Counted from the first letter of the whole stretch, positions 1 through 12,411 are shown. The stretch: DNA of 63,723 bases, filler included, from Octopus bimaculoides (GCF_001194135.2; 6 parts of 6 records of this genome joined end to end with filler, not necessarily neighbours in it), one strand, 5' to 3'. Made by a program: numbers and translations. The notes: a model not told the origin generated them from the sequence alone.

Positions 1-1084
1 TATATATATATATATGTATGTATGTATGTGTATATATATATGTATGTATGTATGTGTATATATATATGTATGTATGTATGTGTATATGGTGTTAGGAAGG
101 GCATCTAGCCTTAAAAACCCTGCCAAAACAAACACAGAAGTCTGTTGCAGGCTCCTGCCTGGCCAGCTCCTGTGAAACCGTCCAACCCATGCCAGCATGG
201 AAGGTAGATGTTAAACGATGAGGATGATGATATCTATCATCATCATCATCATCATCATCTTTTAATGTCCATGTTCTATACTAGCACGGGTTGGAAGGTT
301 TGACAAGATCTGATGGGATCAAGGGCTGCATTGTGCTCCAATGTCTTCTTTGGCATGTTTTCAGCCACTGGATACTCTTCCTAACACCAACACACTTTAC
401 AGTGTGTGTTAGATACTTTTCTCATGCCACCAGCACTAGTGAGCTCACCATGAGAGAAGCAGTAAGAGTAGGTGTTTGTTGTAGAAGAGTTACATGGCTA
501 CTCACATTTAGAAGAGAGGGTAAGAAGGTTCTTGTGGAGCTGCAAAGAGATAAAATAATGGTGATGAGGTGTCCTGCAGGGACCTCAAGGTATGAAGTGA
601 GTGGAAGTGAATGGGGACAGAGGAACTAGGAGTATGGATGAGTAGGGGATTGCAAGCATTTATATGTGGGAGCAAGAGATGTAGGGATGGAAGAACGAAA
701 GGCAGCAGGCAATAATTGTAAAGATTGAAGGGTGGGTGTAGGGAGTGGTAGATAAGGGGTTGAGGATGACCAATGATGCATGAGTTGGGGAAGGTTGGAA
801 GATGCAGGAGAGAACTGTAGGTAGTAATGATGATAAAGTTGATGGAGTGGGTGGGGTGAGAGAGATAACATGTGGAATATGAAATATTTGTCTAGGACTA
901 ATATTTTTGTTTTTGATGAATAGTCATGATCATCAAAGTTTAATATTCGCTTTCCATGCTGGCATGTGTTGGACGGTTTGACAGGGAGCTGGCCAGCTGG
1001 GAGCTGTCCACAAATGAAAAAGGCACTCAAAAAACAAAATAATTAAAAGTAAAAAAGAAAACTACCAAATTCATTAAAACAATT

Positions 1085-1250
1085 TATTTTATTTCTTTAT
1101 TGCCCACAGGGGGCTAAACATAGAGGGGATAAACAAGGACAGACAGGGTTAAATCGATTACATTGACCCCAGTGGTTAACTGGTACTTATTTAATCAACC
1201 CAGAAAGGATGAAAGGTAAAGTCGACCTCAGCGAAATTTGAACTCAAAAA
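1085..1250 (-). mobile_element. SINE, GGCGGCGAG family
   Basis: Reverse complement of family body and tail. Confidence 0.75.
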
Positions 1251-1527
1251 CAATTATTAACATCAAATTAGCCACCAAAAATACAACTCCAGTGGTCCAA
1301 AAGTGTTAACTGCCCTAAATGCCTAAATGCACCTAATCGCAGAATCTGCAACAACTTCATTGAGACTTGTAGAAAATACTACTTCAATAAGTGTTGCCCT
1401 ACCAATTCCTGTATGGAAAGACAGACAAAAAAAAAATGATGATGTTACTCTTTTTTTTTTTTTTTATTCTAGATTGAATGGTTACTGCNNNNNNNNNNGT
1501 TACTCTTTTTTTTTTTTTTAATTCTAG

Positions 1528-1719
1528 ATTGAATGGTTACTGCGAGATGAGATTGCCTGTGCCCTCCGTTACGTTTTCCCAATCACAGAGGACAAGCTTC
1601 AGAATGTCACTGAGCATGTGCAGGAATCCGTGCAACTGGGCAAATCATCTTGTTACATTGAAGAACTGTTTCCACAATTTGTCTTTGGAAGTGACCAATG
1701 TTTAGAGAGTTTTATTGAA
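1528..1719 (+). CDS. SZT2: SZT2 (KICSTOR complex) internal exon 1 of 15 in window; IEWLLRDEIACALRYVFPIT...FPQFVFGSDQCLESFIE
   Basis: Poly-T/TAG acceptor at 1526-1527, donor GTAAGT at 1720, phase 0/0, open frame; peptide resembles the vertebrate SZT2 segment WLLEDE...LPLSFVFGPERSLTQFKE (recalled, not aligned). Confidence 0.9.
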
Positions 1720-1887
1720 GTAAGTCATTTTCTTTGCTCTCAGTTCAATATCTCCTCCCATCAACCCCAACATGTAATAAATAATAAATTACTTTTTTTT
1801 TTTTTTGTCCTTGTTTTTCATTCTTTTCTATTTTTTCTTAAAACAGTTTTCTCTACTTCTTGGTTCTGTTCTTACAGCTAACCATTC

Positions 1888-2116
1888 ATCATCATCATCG
1901 TTTAACGTCCGATTTCCATGCTAGCATGGGTTGGACGATTTGACTGAGGACTGGTGAAACCAGATGGCAACACCAGGCTCCAATCTGATTTGGCAGAGTT
2001 TCTACAGCTGGATGCCCTTCCTAACGCCAACCACTCAGAGAGTGTAGTGGGTGCTTTTACGTGTCACCCGCATGAAGGCCAGTCAGGCGGTACTGGCAAA
2101 GTCAGGCGGTACTGAA
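1888..2116 (-). mobile_element. Young 5'-truncated GGAAGGGCATCC-family retroposon
   Basis: Reverse complement of 9240-9460; older copies at ~88-231(+), 236-440(-), 930-1020(-), 11530-11640(+), 18235-18430(-), 18890-19180(-), 19410-19500(+), 22225-22325(+). Confidence 0.85.
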
Positions 2117-2400
2117 TTAGGTGTGGCAATGAGGAGAGGTCTATGTGGTTGCTAGATCTGGTAGAGATAGAAGCTAAATCTTTCCCAGTTATACTATACT
2201 GTCTTAAAACAGGAAAGTTATTAGATATAATGATCATAGATATATTTTGATCATAGGTCAGCTCTATCAGAGTTGACCTGGACTTAAACAATAAAAACAA
2301 CAATTGTAAAGTTGTGGAACTTGATTTTTTTTTAAAAATGAGTACAGTTATGTACCTTGTTGGGCGGAGAAGAGGACAAATAATAGTAGTTCTAAGATTA

Positions 2401-2892
2401 CACTGTGTAACACAATTTTTGTCCTTGGGTAGCAACTGCTATTTCCTATTTGCTTACTTCTAGAAAATATGAAAAATGGCTAACGTTTCCTTCAAACTTT
2501 GCTTTTGTTATATTCATTCAAACCCCAAACATTTCCTCTCAACACATGGTTATGATGCTCCCCCACTACTCCTGCTCATGATCAGAGATGCACACATTGT
2601 CAGCCACTAAGGGACATGCTCAAGTGGTTAAGGTCAAGCAACTGACAAGCAAATCTGTGGTAGTGGGCAGAATATTTACTATAATGTTATTTCTGCTTCA
2701 GCAACTCAGCACTGAGTCTGCTTGAAGTGTAATGGAAAATAGGTCAGTTTCAAAACATTGATATCTAGGTCACAAAAGCAAAGTTTGAAGGGAATAGCAG
2801 TCACTTCTTTTGATTTCTAGAGAGAAGGAAACAGAAAATAACACTTACAGACCAAAGACAAAAAAAAAAATTAAAAATTTTTTTACACAGTG
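2401..2892 (+). mobile_element. ~490-bp MITE with 10-bp terminal and ~70-bp subterminal inverted repeats
   Basis: CACTGTGTAA (2401-2410) / TTACACAGTG (2883-2892); inner IR ATTTCC...CCTTCAAACTTTGCTTTTGT; copies at 52083-52596 (inverted) and 14024-14130 (partial). Confidence 0.75.
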
Positions 2893-4404
2893 TTATCGCT
2901 GTAATCTTATAACCATTATGTTCCATAATGTATGTTAACTTTCAGAAATATAGAAATCCAATATTCGATTACTACTTAAACCCTTTGCTCTCAATGGAGC
3001 ATTGGCCATTAATGACTTTTCTCCACTGTTCTCGACCTTGGGCCTTCCTCTCTCAGGTCTTGGTGGTTTTGAATTGACATTGGTGCTGCAGTAACTTTGC
3101 TTTTTTTTCTAGACAAGGTTAGTCTGGCCTCAACCCTTTGACCTTCCCAGCATGGAAAGCCCTACCAGGATCTTGCTCTCGGATCTAGTTCAAAACGGGG
3201 GCACCAGTTTTCATTTATGTTTTATGTAGTGTTTTTGGTACCGAAAGACTTTCAAACTTCGTATACTTATCTATTTTGTGTTATAGAACAGAAAAAAATT
3301 TTTGTATTCGAAGTTATTTCATGTAAAAAATTGTCTTATTTCGATAATTTCAACCAATCACTGACAAGTATTCAGCTGTTTACAGTTACTCCTTTGGCAG
3401 TTTAAGCGGTGTAAAGCGTATTTAATCTCCATTACTTCTGACATTTTGCAGAGAGGCAACANNNNNNNNNNNNNNNNNNNNNNNNNNNNNNNNNNNNNNN
3501 NNNNNNNNNNNNNNNNNNNNNNNNNNNNNNNNNNNNNNNNNNNNNNNNNNNNNNNNNNNNNNNNNNNNNNNNNNNNNNNNNNNNNNNNNNNNNNNNNNNN
3601 NNNNNNNNNNNNNNNNNNNNNNNNNNNNNNNNNNNNNNNNNNNNNNNNNNNNNNNNNNNNNNNNNNNNNNNNNNNNNNNNNNNNNNNNNNNNNNNNNNNN
3701 NNNNNNNNNNNNNNNNNNNNNNNNNNNNNNNNNNNNNNNNNNNNNNNNNNNNNNNNNNNNNNNNNNNNNNNNNNNNNNNNNNNNNNNNNNNNNNNNNNNN
3801 NNNNNNNNNNNNNNNNNNNNNNNNNNNNNNNNNNNNNNNNNNNNNNNNNNNNNNNNNNNNNNNNNNNNNNNNNNNNNNNNNNNNNNNNNNNNNNNNNNNN
3901 NNNNNNNNNNNNNNNNNNNNNNNNNNNNNNNNNNNNNNNNNNNNNNNNNNNNNNNNNNNNNNNNNNNNNNNNNNNNNNNNNNNNNNNNNNNNNNNNNNNN
4001 NNNNNNNNNNNNNNNNNNNNNNNNNNNNNNNNNNNNNNNNNNNNNNNNNNNNNNNNNNNNNNNNNNNNNNNNNNNNNNNNNNNNNNNNNNNNNNNNNNNN
4101 NNNNNNNNNNNNNNNNNNNNNNNNNNNNNNNNNNNNNNNNNNNNNNNNNNNNNNNNNNNNNNNNNNNNNNNNNNNNNNNNNNNNNNNNNNNNNNNNNNNN
4201 NNNNNNNNNNNNNNNNNNNNNNNNNNNNNNNNNNNNNNNNNNNNNNNNNNNNNNNNNNNNNNNNNNNNNNNNNNNNNNNNNNNNNNNNNNNNNNNNNNNN
4301 NNNNNNNNNNNNNNNNNNNNNNNNNNNNNNNNNNNNNNNCATGTATGTAATGCTTTTGTGTACATACATGTGTATGGATGTTTGTATATACATACATACA
4401 TCGT

Positions 4405-4762
4405 GGAACTTTGTCAGTTATGACAACGAGAGTTCCAGTTGATCTGATCAACGGAACAGCCTGCTCATGAAATTAACATGCAAGTGGCTGACCACTCCAC
4501 AGACATGTGTACCCTTAACATAGTTCTTGGGGAGATTCAACGTGACACAGAGTGTGACGAGGCTGGCTCTTTGAAATACAGCTACAGTAGAAACAGGAAG
4601 AAAGAGTGAGAGAAAGTTGGGTTTGTCACCCCCCACTGCCGGAGCCTCGTGGAGATTTAGGTGTTTTCGCTCAATAAACACTCACAATGTCCAGTCTGGG
4701 AATTGAAACCGCAATCCTATGACGGCAAGTCCGCTGCCCTAACCACTGGGCCTTTGTGCCTC
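4405..4762 (-). mobile_element. tRNA-headed SINE (octopus OR-like), CpG-decayed
   Basis: Head GGCCCAGTGGTTAGGGCAGCGGAC...GGTTTCAATTCC; colinear with 54347-54682. Confidence 0.85.
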
Positions 4763-4974
4763 GATACATACACACATATGTATGAATGACTTCATTATCC
4801 AATGTGTCCTAAAATTTTAAGATAGCAGGGTGTGATTTCAAGGAAGATTCAATTGCTTTTTTCATCAGACAATCAGATTGAACCAGCTTACAGAGGCTCC
4901 TGTGTTTGGCTCCAGATACAAAGTCATAATCACTGCTACATGATTGCAAAAGTCATTAATATTAGATTCCATCT

Positions 4975-5190
4975 AAAGCGGTGAGCTGACAGAATTGTTA
5001 GCACTTTGGGCAAAATGCCTAGTGGCATTTCATTCATCTTTATGTTCTGAGTTCAAATTCTGCCATGGTCAACTTTACCTTTCATCCCTGCAGGGTCAGT
5101 AACATAAGTACCAGTTGAATTCTGGTGTTGATGTAACCAATATACTCCTCCCTTAAAATTGCTGGCCCTGTGCCAAAATTTGAAATCAAT
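4975..5190 (+). mobile_element. SINE, GGCGGCGAG family, CpG-decayed
   Basis: GCGGTGAGCTGACAGAATTGTTAGCAC...GAGTTCAAATTCTGCC...CCTTTCATCC. Confidence 0.8.
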
Positions 5191-5261
5191 ACTAGATTTA
5201 CATTGTATCGAATCAATAAATAAAACCAGAAACGTTTTAATGTATTGTAAATGTTTTGCAG

Positions 5262-5479
5262 GAACTGAAACGAGTGAGCATCAAGAATTACCGATTAAAA
5301 AGAGAAGGGATGTTTTTTTACTTGGTGCTGACCAGAGAAATGGCCGCCCATTATAAGGCTCTTAGCTCAGCTGTTAGGTCATTGGATGATGACTCACTGA
5401 CACCAGAGAAATGCACCAAAAAGTCAGTAAGTGAAGAAAACAGGAGCAGGCTTCCTAGCTCCCAGAAGAACTTATCTCG
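5262..5479 (+). CDS. SZT2: SZT2 exon; ELKRVSIKNYRLKREGMFFYLV...SSQKNLSR
   Basis: TTTTGCAG acceptor, GTAAGG donor at 5480, phase 0/2; continues frame of previous exon. Confidence 0.88.
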
Positions 5480-5565
5480 GTAAGGTTATATGTGTAGTTG
5501 GACTTAGAAACAGCTCTTAAAATTTTTTTTTCCATTTGCTGTTTTTCTTTTTTTCTTTTCTTGAA

Positions 5566-6200
5566 ATGTTCTTCAGTGCGGCAGATGCACAGGGGCAATA
5601 CACACCCACACATGCTCAGAAAACTGATTCCATCACATTCCAAGGGGAGAAACTAGAAGTAGTTGAGAGCTTCTGTTACCTAGATGACCAGGTCTGTAGT
5701 GGGGGTGGATGCTCAGAGGGCGTTGCCATTAGAATAAGAATAGCCTTGGAAAAGTTCAGAAAGCTCCTACCTCTACTGGTGACAAAGGGTCTCTCGCTCA
5801 GAGTGAAATGTAGATTGTATGATGCATGTGTGCAAACTGCCATGCTACATGGTAGTGAAACATGGGCCGTGACTGCTGAAGACATGCATAGGCTTGAAAG
5901 AAATGAAGTTAGTATGATCCGCTGGATGTGTAATGTCAGTGTGCACTCACGACAGAGTGTAAGCGCCCTGAGAGAAATGTTGGACATAAGAAGCATCAGA
6001 TGTGGTGTGCAAGAGAGACGATTGCGCTGGTATGGTCATGTGCTGTGAATGGATGAGGAGAGCTGTGTGAAGAAGTGTCATTCCCTAACAGTGGAAGGAA
6101 CCCAGGAAGACATAGGATGAGGTGGTGGCGCATGACTTTCGAACGTTGGGCCTCACAGAGGCAATGACGAAAAGACCGAGACCTCTGGAGATATGCTGTG
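5566..6200 (+). mobile_element. RTE-clade LINE ORF2 C-terminal fragment in SZT2 intron
   Basis: LEVVESFCYL...RVKCRLYDACVQTAMLHGSETW...RRLRWYGHVL*MDEESCVKKC; the stop at 6046-6048 fits CGA>TGA decay. Confidence 0.92.
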
Positions 6201-6784
6201 ATTGTTGTTGTTGTTGTTGTTGTGTGTGTGTGTGTGAGGCAGTGACTGGTAGAAACGTTAGTGTGCATGATGGCAGTAAGGAAAGTACCCTTCAGCTGAA
6301 GTTCTAGCCTGAAAGCTTACAACAGAATGAACTCTGCTAAAGGCACCTAAAGTGTCAGATGTTGCTGTTGTTGGTTGTGATGGTGGTGACAGTGGTTAGT
6401 GGCATTGATGGTGGTGATAAACTGATAAACTATTTAAATCTACCACCTAGTTGCTTTACTGGCAATATATCCCTCCTCACTTCTGTTATCTAGGTAACCT
6501 AATTGGCAGCAGAGGAAAATGTCCTGAAAGCATAGTAGCCACATTAAGAATGAGGTCGGGAAAATTCAGGGAGTTTTTACATCTGCTGGCAAAAAGAGAA
6601 AAGAAGACATTTATTCTCTTCAAGTGAAGGGTAGATACATGCGTACATGATACATGTGTACATGATACATGCATACAACTTTGGTAGCGAAACTTGAACA
6701 TTGATTGCAGAGGATGTGTAAGCTTTAGGTGTGGTACCTGTAGATATTGTTATTGATTGTGTCTTTAATTTTTTCATTGTTTAG

Positions 6785-6997
6785 GGATTATCCTCAAGAA
6801 TGGAGAGGAAGTCCAACAAAGCTGATTGATAAACGAGAAGTTGCTGATGTTTCCATTCATCTGACCAATGAAAAAGGACAAAAGGAAGTTTGCTGTTTGT
6901 CACCCGAACGTGTAGCACTACTCAATAAAGTCGACACCCAGAGTTTACTGAGTGACTACGATGAAGGAGTGTTGAAACGCTCATCCAGCTTTGGCGG
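6785..6997 (+). CDS. SZT2: SZT2 exon (low-complexity loop); DYPQEWRGSPTKLIDK...KRSSSFG
   Basis: TTGTTTAG acceptor, GTTTGT donor at 6998, phase 2/2 matches both neighbours; open frame. Confidence 0.8.
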
Positions 6998-8178
6998 GTT
7001 TGTAAATTCTTAGAATATATCTTTTATCTTTTACTTGTTTCAGTCATTAGACTGTGGCCATTCTGCGGCACTACCTTGAAGAGTTTTTAGTCAAACGAAT
7101 CAACCCTAGTACATTTTTTTTTAAACCTGGTACTTTTTCCATTGGTCTCTTTTGCTGAATTGCTATATATTTTCCTGTTTTTCTCATTTTCCAGAAACTT
7201 TAAAATTATTTCAGTGGCAAAGACCAGAACAGTAGCATACCTGATGTGATTACAGTATTTAGTTTTAAGTATCTTTGTTTTGGGTTCAAGTTCTACCAGC
7301 CCCTGTGTCAGTAAAATAGTCACTAGTAAAAATTATACGATCCTCTTAACAAATTTTGCTTTGCCTAAGAAAGAAATCAGTATATTTCAGTTCTAAGAAA
7401 TGAAGAATTTAGTATATATGCCATTGGTAATGGTGCTTTGTTTTTCAATATTTTTGGACAAAGTCCCTCTTCAGGGTAAGAAGAATGTGGATAAAAAAAA
7501 ATGGGAAGTCAGATGTGGCCCATTTTATGGAAATCATTGATGGTCAGATTTCCATTGTGCAAGCTGCCAAAACTTTGTTTTCTCATGCATCTTAACCTTT
7601 TAGCGTTCAGATTACTCTGTCAAATGTAATGCTTATCTCTTTGAGGCAAGAAAACAAAATACATCTTAATTTATTTTACTTCTCATAGAAATTACAGATT
7701 TCTTGATTGTTTTTTTTTTTTTTCAACAATGAAACTTCTATTCATCATTCATATTCTTTCATATCAATTGTTTACTGGTTTAAGCAGAATCATTTGCATA
7801 TCAGACAAAATGCTTAGCTGTATTTCTTCTAACTCTATGTTCTGAGTCCTAATCTTGTTGAGGTCAACTTTGACTTTCATCCCTTCGGGGTTGATAACAT
7901 AAACTCTAAATTGCTGGCCTTGAATTCTGCAATGGACCAGTGTCCTGTTTAGGGAAAATATTATGATCTTGGCTATTTATATGTCATGGAAACCAAGTCA
8001 ATCAGCTTTATTAGTCCTGGGGTCAGAGAAAAATAAAAAAAGCTAGTCTAGTACAGAATCATATTTAATTTGTCTTCTGTGTCACTGTATTTCTAAAAAA
8101 AAGATTCAATCTGATTATTCAATTGCAAATCTTGGATTTAATTTCATTAATGTTTGTATTTTCTTTATTCCACCACAG

Positions 8179-8465
8179 CTTTGATGCTGAGGGCAGTCGG
8201 CGAGCTCAGTATCGGACTGTTGCAGGGTCAGATAAATCTTTGTCAACCATTGAGTCTGCCTCAGCTACATCAACTTCAGTTGCCATGACAACATCTGTTG
8301 CCAAACACTTAACGAACTCACCGGCAGCTCAACTAGCATCCAGAGCCAGGCATTTTTCTGCCCCAACAGCTGCACAGAGAAATGCTATGGGTGCCTACAG
8401 CCAGCCTTCTACTATGCCTGCCACACCATCTTGGATATCTTCACGTGGTAGTTACACAGAAGAAG
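8179..8465 (+). CDS. SZT2: SZT2 exon (Ser/Thr/Ala-rich loop); FDAEGSRRAQYR...SSRGSYTEE
   Basis: CCACAG acceptor, GTTAGA donor at 8466, phase 2/1; open frame of 95 codons. Confidence 0.82.
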
Positions 8466-8489
8466 GTTAGATATTTTTCATACTTTACT

Positions 8490-8850
8490 TATCTTTTATC
8501 TTTTACTTGTTTCAGTCATTGGGCTACGGCCATACTGGGGCACTGCCTTGAAGGATTTTCTTGAACAAACTGATTCCAGTACTTATTTTTTTTTTGTGAA
8601 GTTTTCTACTTATTCTGTCAGTCCTTTTTGCTAAGCTGCTAAGTTACAGTGACATCAACTTAGTGTCAGGTGGTGAGATGGACAAACACACACACACACA
8701 CAAAAAGCTTCCACACAGTTTTCATTGACCAAATTCACTCACAGGGTATTGATCAGCTTGGGATTATAGTAGACACTTGCCCAAGGTGCCATGCAATGGA
8801 ACTGAACCCCGAACCACAGGGTTGCAAAATGAGCTTCTTAACCTCACAAC
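8490..8850 (-). mobile_element. tRNA/CORE-like SINE with central (CA)n, antisense in SZT2 intron
   Basis: Contains CACCTTGGGCAAGTGTCT (CORE-like) and tail GACTGAAACAAGTAAAAGA; further antisense copies at ~7021, 10700, 11310, 11930, 15630, 16860, 21090, 21510, 24455. Confidence 0.8.
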
Positions 8851-9007
8851 TATGTTGTATTTATTTATCGACAATTACTTTCAGTTTATGTTCACATCTT
8901 GATAATGATCGTACTTACGTATCATCCGAATTGATAATTTAAAAATTTAATCTCCACGACAATGTTGAAAAAAATTTATATCCTAATTCAAGTATTTAGT
9001 TTTAAAT

Positions 9008-9462
9008 TTGACGACTGGCACCCATGCCAACGTCGTCTCCCTCATTGGACACGAAACTCAGCTTGCGAAGATTTATTGGGGCAAGCGAAAGCGAAATTGT
9101 GATGGCATCTGTGCCCAGCGACGCCTTTCTGGCACTTGTGCCCGCGGCATGTGTAAGGATTTTTGAGCGAGATCGTTGCCAGTGCCCCTGGACTGGCTCT
9201 TGTGCGGGTGGCACATAAAATACACCATTTTGAGCATGGCCGTTGCCAGTACCGCCTGACTGGCCTTCGTGCGGGTGGCACGTAAAAGCACCCACTACAC
9301 TCTCAGAGTGGTTGGCGTTAGGAAGGGCATCCAGCTGTAGAAACTCTGCCAAATTAGATTGGAGCCTGGTGTTGCCATCCGGTTTCACCAGTCCTCAGTG
9401 AAATCGTCCAACCCATGCTAGCATGGAAAGCGGACGTTAAACGACGATGATGATGATGATGA
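9008..9462 (+). mobile_element. Young non-coding retroposon / LINE 3' UTR (GGAAGGGCATCC family) with (GAT)n tail
   Basis: GTTGGCGTTAGGAAGGGCATCCAGCTGTAGAAAC...CCAACCCATGCTAGCATGGAAAGCGGACGTTAAACGA(TGA)n; nearly identical to 1888-2116; internal ~65-nt tandem duplication. Confidence 0.85.
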
Positions 9463-9473
9463 TTCAGAATGTA

Positions 9474-9693
9474 CAATGGGGTGCTGAAAAGTTCCTGGCT
9501 TCAAGAGTATTGTGAAAGGCCTGGTTGGTGGTTCAGTCTTCTGAGTTCTTTTTATAGGGCTTAGAAAATCTGAAGGACTGCTGCAACAAACGTGTAAATC
9601 TGAGAGGGGAATATGCTCAATAAAATCATAATTAACTGATCTTCCTGTATTTTCTTTTACCCAAAGCCAGGAACTTTTCAGCCCCCCGTTCTG
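9474..9693 (+). mobile_element. Mariner-derived MITE (internally deleted)
   Basis: TIRs GGGGTGCTGAAAAGTTCCTGGCTT / AAGCCAGGAACTTTTCAGCCCCCC, TA flanks (9472-9473, 9694-9695); interior keeps mariner C-terminus LKDCCNKRVNLRGEYAQ*. Confidence 0.85.
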
Positions 9694-9849
9694 TATGTTT
9701 TTGATATTGGAGTTGGCTTTCTATACCAAAAGCTGATGACATTGACAATATCAATTCAAAGTTATTATTCATTCTGCAAATTTTAGTTTGTGGATCTCAT
9801 GCTAAAAACTTCCTTATAGATAATGGTTCAGATTTTACCAGTAGGGGCG

Positions 9850-10540
9850 TAAATGAAAAAAATTGTCCTTGTTCCCCACTCTGGAGCCCCAACTTATAAC
9901 TGGCTGTGTGCAAAACAGTCCTCCTCTAATTGCAAAGCAGTACCTTTCAAAGTTTGATCTTGGGACTTATTAATGAACATCGCAAGAAACAGATGTATTG
10001 GAAATTGAAGTCGTTTGAATTTGAAGGGCATGTTGGAAGGTATTAAAGGTAATCGAAGAATAAAAAACATCTTCACCTTTTCCACAGATAGAAATTATTG
10101 TGGCGGCTATGACATTTCTTATTAATTTCTTCACAACAAGCTTTGTGCCATTGTACAACTTTGTTTGAGAAGAGTTCTGCAGAAATATGATTGAACCACC
10201 TATTTTCCATTGAAAGCAATGAGGAGGAGCTACTTGTGGCTCCAGTGAGTTTAAGAACTGAACCGGGTAATTGACAATTTCCAAGTCATCAAGAACAGAG
10301 TTTATAGATTTGTTTGTTCATTTCCTGGTAAAAACTTTCTTGAGTCTTTCATTTAAATTATTCACAGTAATGTTCTTTGGTGCCATGATTCCTCTTTCGC
10401 ACAACCGTTGTCAATGTCATACTATATTTGTCTAAGAAAAGCTATTTGTATTTTTGTTTGTTGTAATACTTAAATTCAATAAATTACAGTATGTTTAGTT
10501 ATCTCCTTTAGACCAGTCATCTATTTGAGAAATGCGGTTG
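9850..10540 (-). mobile_element. Helitron RepHel PIF1-helicase C-terminal remnant
   Basis: RLCERGIMAPKN...[14 protein letters not shown]...[14 protein letters not shown]...[27 protein letters not shown]...F.HSQL, across frameshifts. Confidence 0.9.
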
Positions 10541-11026
10541 GCAAAGGACCCTGTAGCTCCTTTAGGAGGGCACCTGGAGACTCCAGGCCACTTCTTCCGT
10601 TGTCTTTGGCATAAAATTTTACACAAGAATTAGCTTTTAGTTTTTATATAGATGCTGTAATCTTTCTTGCTGTAAATAGACAGACAGATACATGCATACA
10701 CACACACACACACACACACACAGACTTTCATTTTTATTATATATACATGCACACACACGATTGGCTTCATTCAGTTTCTGTCTACCAAATCCACTCACAA
10801 GGCCGAAGCTATAGTAGAAGACACTTGCCCAAGATGTCATGATGTGAAATTGAATCTGGGACCATGTGGTTGGGAAGCAAACTTCTTATAACACAGCCAC
10901 ACCTGCGTCTATATTTATTGAAATTAACTGAAGTAAAACTTTTTTCTCTTGTTTACTTGTAATAAATAACTAAGGCAAAATTTCAACATATTCCTTGATA
11001 TGTTTTATACATCCATTACTTTACAG

Positions 11027-11171
11027 CTGGTTATGAAGGGGACTCAAGTGACTCTAACAACGATGATGGAGCTTTCTTTAATGACACTGGTGGACAACGA
11101 TCATCCATGCCAAACTTTTGGTTAATATTACGTGTAGAAGCCAAAAAAGTCACAATATATTATCATTCTCG
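11027..11171 (+). CDS. SZT2: SZT2 exon; GYEGDSSDSNNDD...MPNFWLILRVEAKKVTIYYHSR
   Basis: TTTACAG acceptor, GTAAGT donor, phase 1/2; GYxGxSS and PxFWLIxRV...YxHxR motifs characteristic of SZT2. Confidence 0.93.
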
Positions 11172-12249
11172 GTAAGTTTGAATGATGTAAAACAATTTCT
11201 ATTACTTTACATTGCATTTCAATTTCAAATGCTAGCATTCTAATAATTTGATGTGAAATAACCATATAGTAAATTGAAATAAATAAGAAAAACAAATGCT
11301 TGAAATATGTCTTTTACTTGTTCCAGTCATTAGAAATATGGCCTTGCTGGGTGCACTGCCTTGGAGGATTCTAGTTGAACAAATCAATCCTAGAACTTAT
11401 TGTCTTTAAAGCCTGGTACTTATTTTACCTATTTTTTGCCAGACTGCTAGTTTATGGGGATGAAAACAAAACTTATGTATGTGATGTATGTATGTATATA
11501 TGTATGTATGTATGCATGCATGCATTTATTTTGGCATTAGGAAGGGCATCCACCCGTAGAAACCATGCCAAATCAGATTGGAGTCTGGTGCAGCCCTTCG
11601 GCTTTCCAGCCCTGGTCAAACCGTCCAACCCATACCAGCATTCACTACATCAACCCCATAAGTGCTCTGAATAGATCTTGATGCCGCACTTGCATTAACA
11701 CCGTTATGAAACTCGTAGAGTAAAACATTTCTTATGTGATCTTTAGATGGGACAAACATGGTGGTAAAATTTTCTGAGAATTATGGCCAGAAGTTAGATA
11801 ATCTGAAAGAAAATAGTATAAATTAGACACGGAGATATCTTAAAACTATAAGAAGAGGTTAAAAAATTGATAAATTCGCTCTGAAAAATTCTTTCTAGAA
11901 ATCGGACATTACTTTTGCACCAACCTGATATATACATACACGCACACACATACATACATAGTGGTTTCCTATTATCAGTTATACTCCCAAGGCAGTAGTT
12001 CAATCAAGGTTATAGTAGAAGACACTTCTACCATGTTACCACCCAGCAGGCATGAACCTGAAACCACAAGGTTTCAAAATAAACTTCTTAACCACACATC
12101 CATACTTGTACCTATGAGATTATTTCAATTATATTTAGCTACAAAATATGCATAGATAAAGAAATTTTGGATTTTATAATTCCAATCAATATTTGCTGCC
12201 TTACATTTCTTTGCTGTTTTGTTCAGTTTTGTTTCCTCTCATCTTACAG

Positions 12250-12343
12250 GAAATACAAAGATTTGTGTGTCACCCAAAATGTGAAGCTGTTAGTAACTGA
12301 TGTCAGTGAAATTGTTATGGATACCTGCAAGCGGGTGAACCAA
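12250..12343 (+). CDS. SZT2: SZT2 exon; KYKDLCVTQNVKLLVTDVSEIVMDTCKRVNQ
   Basis: CTTACAG acceptor, GTCAGT donor, phase 2/0; ends CxxVNQ as in SZT2. Confidence 0.88.
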
Positions 12344-12411
12344 GTCAGTCATAAATAATTATTATTATCATTATCATCATCATCATTATTATTATTATTA
12401 TTATTATTATT

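Noticed and set aside
1441-1545. Apparent tandem duplication of the SZT2 acceptor (GTTACTC-polyT-ATTCTAGATTGAATGGTTACTGC) on both sides of a 10-N gap
   Set aside because: Unmerged contig overlap differing only in poly-T length; assembly artefact, not a duplicated splice site
3430-3461. TTTTGCAG|AGAGGCAACA before the 3462-4340 gap as a possible extra SZT2 exon
   Set aside because: Exons 1528-1719 and 5262-5479 already join in frame with contiguous homology; no support
3358-4451. Long 320-350 aa ORFs (also 28853, 30835, 32083-33025, 35330, 35946, 54546)
   Set aside because: They run through N gaps; the X residues are not coding evidence
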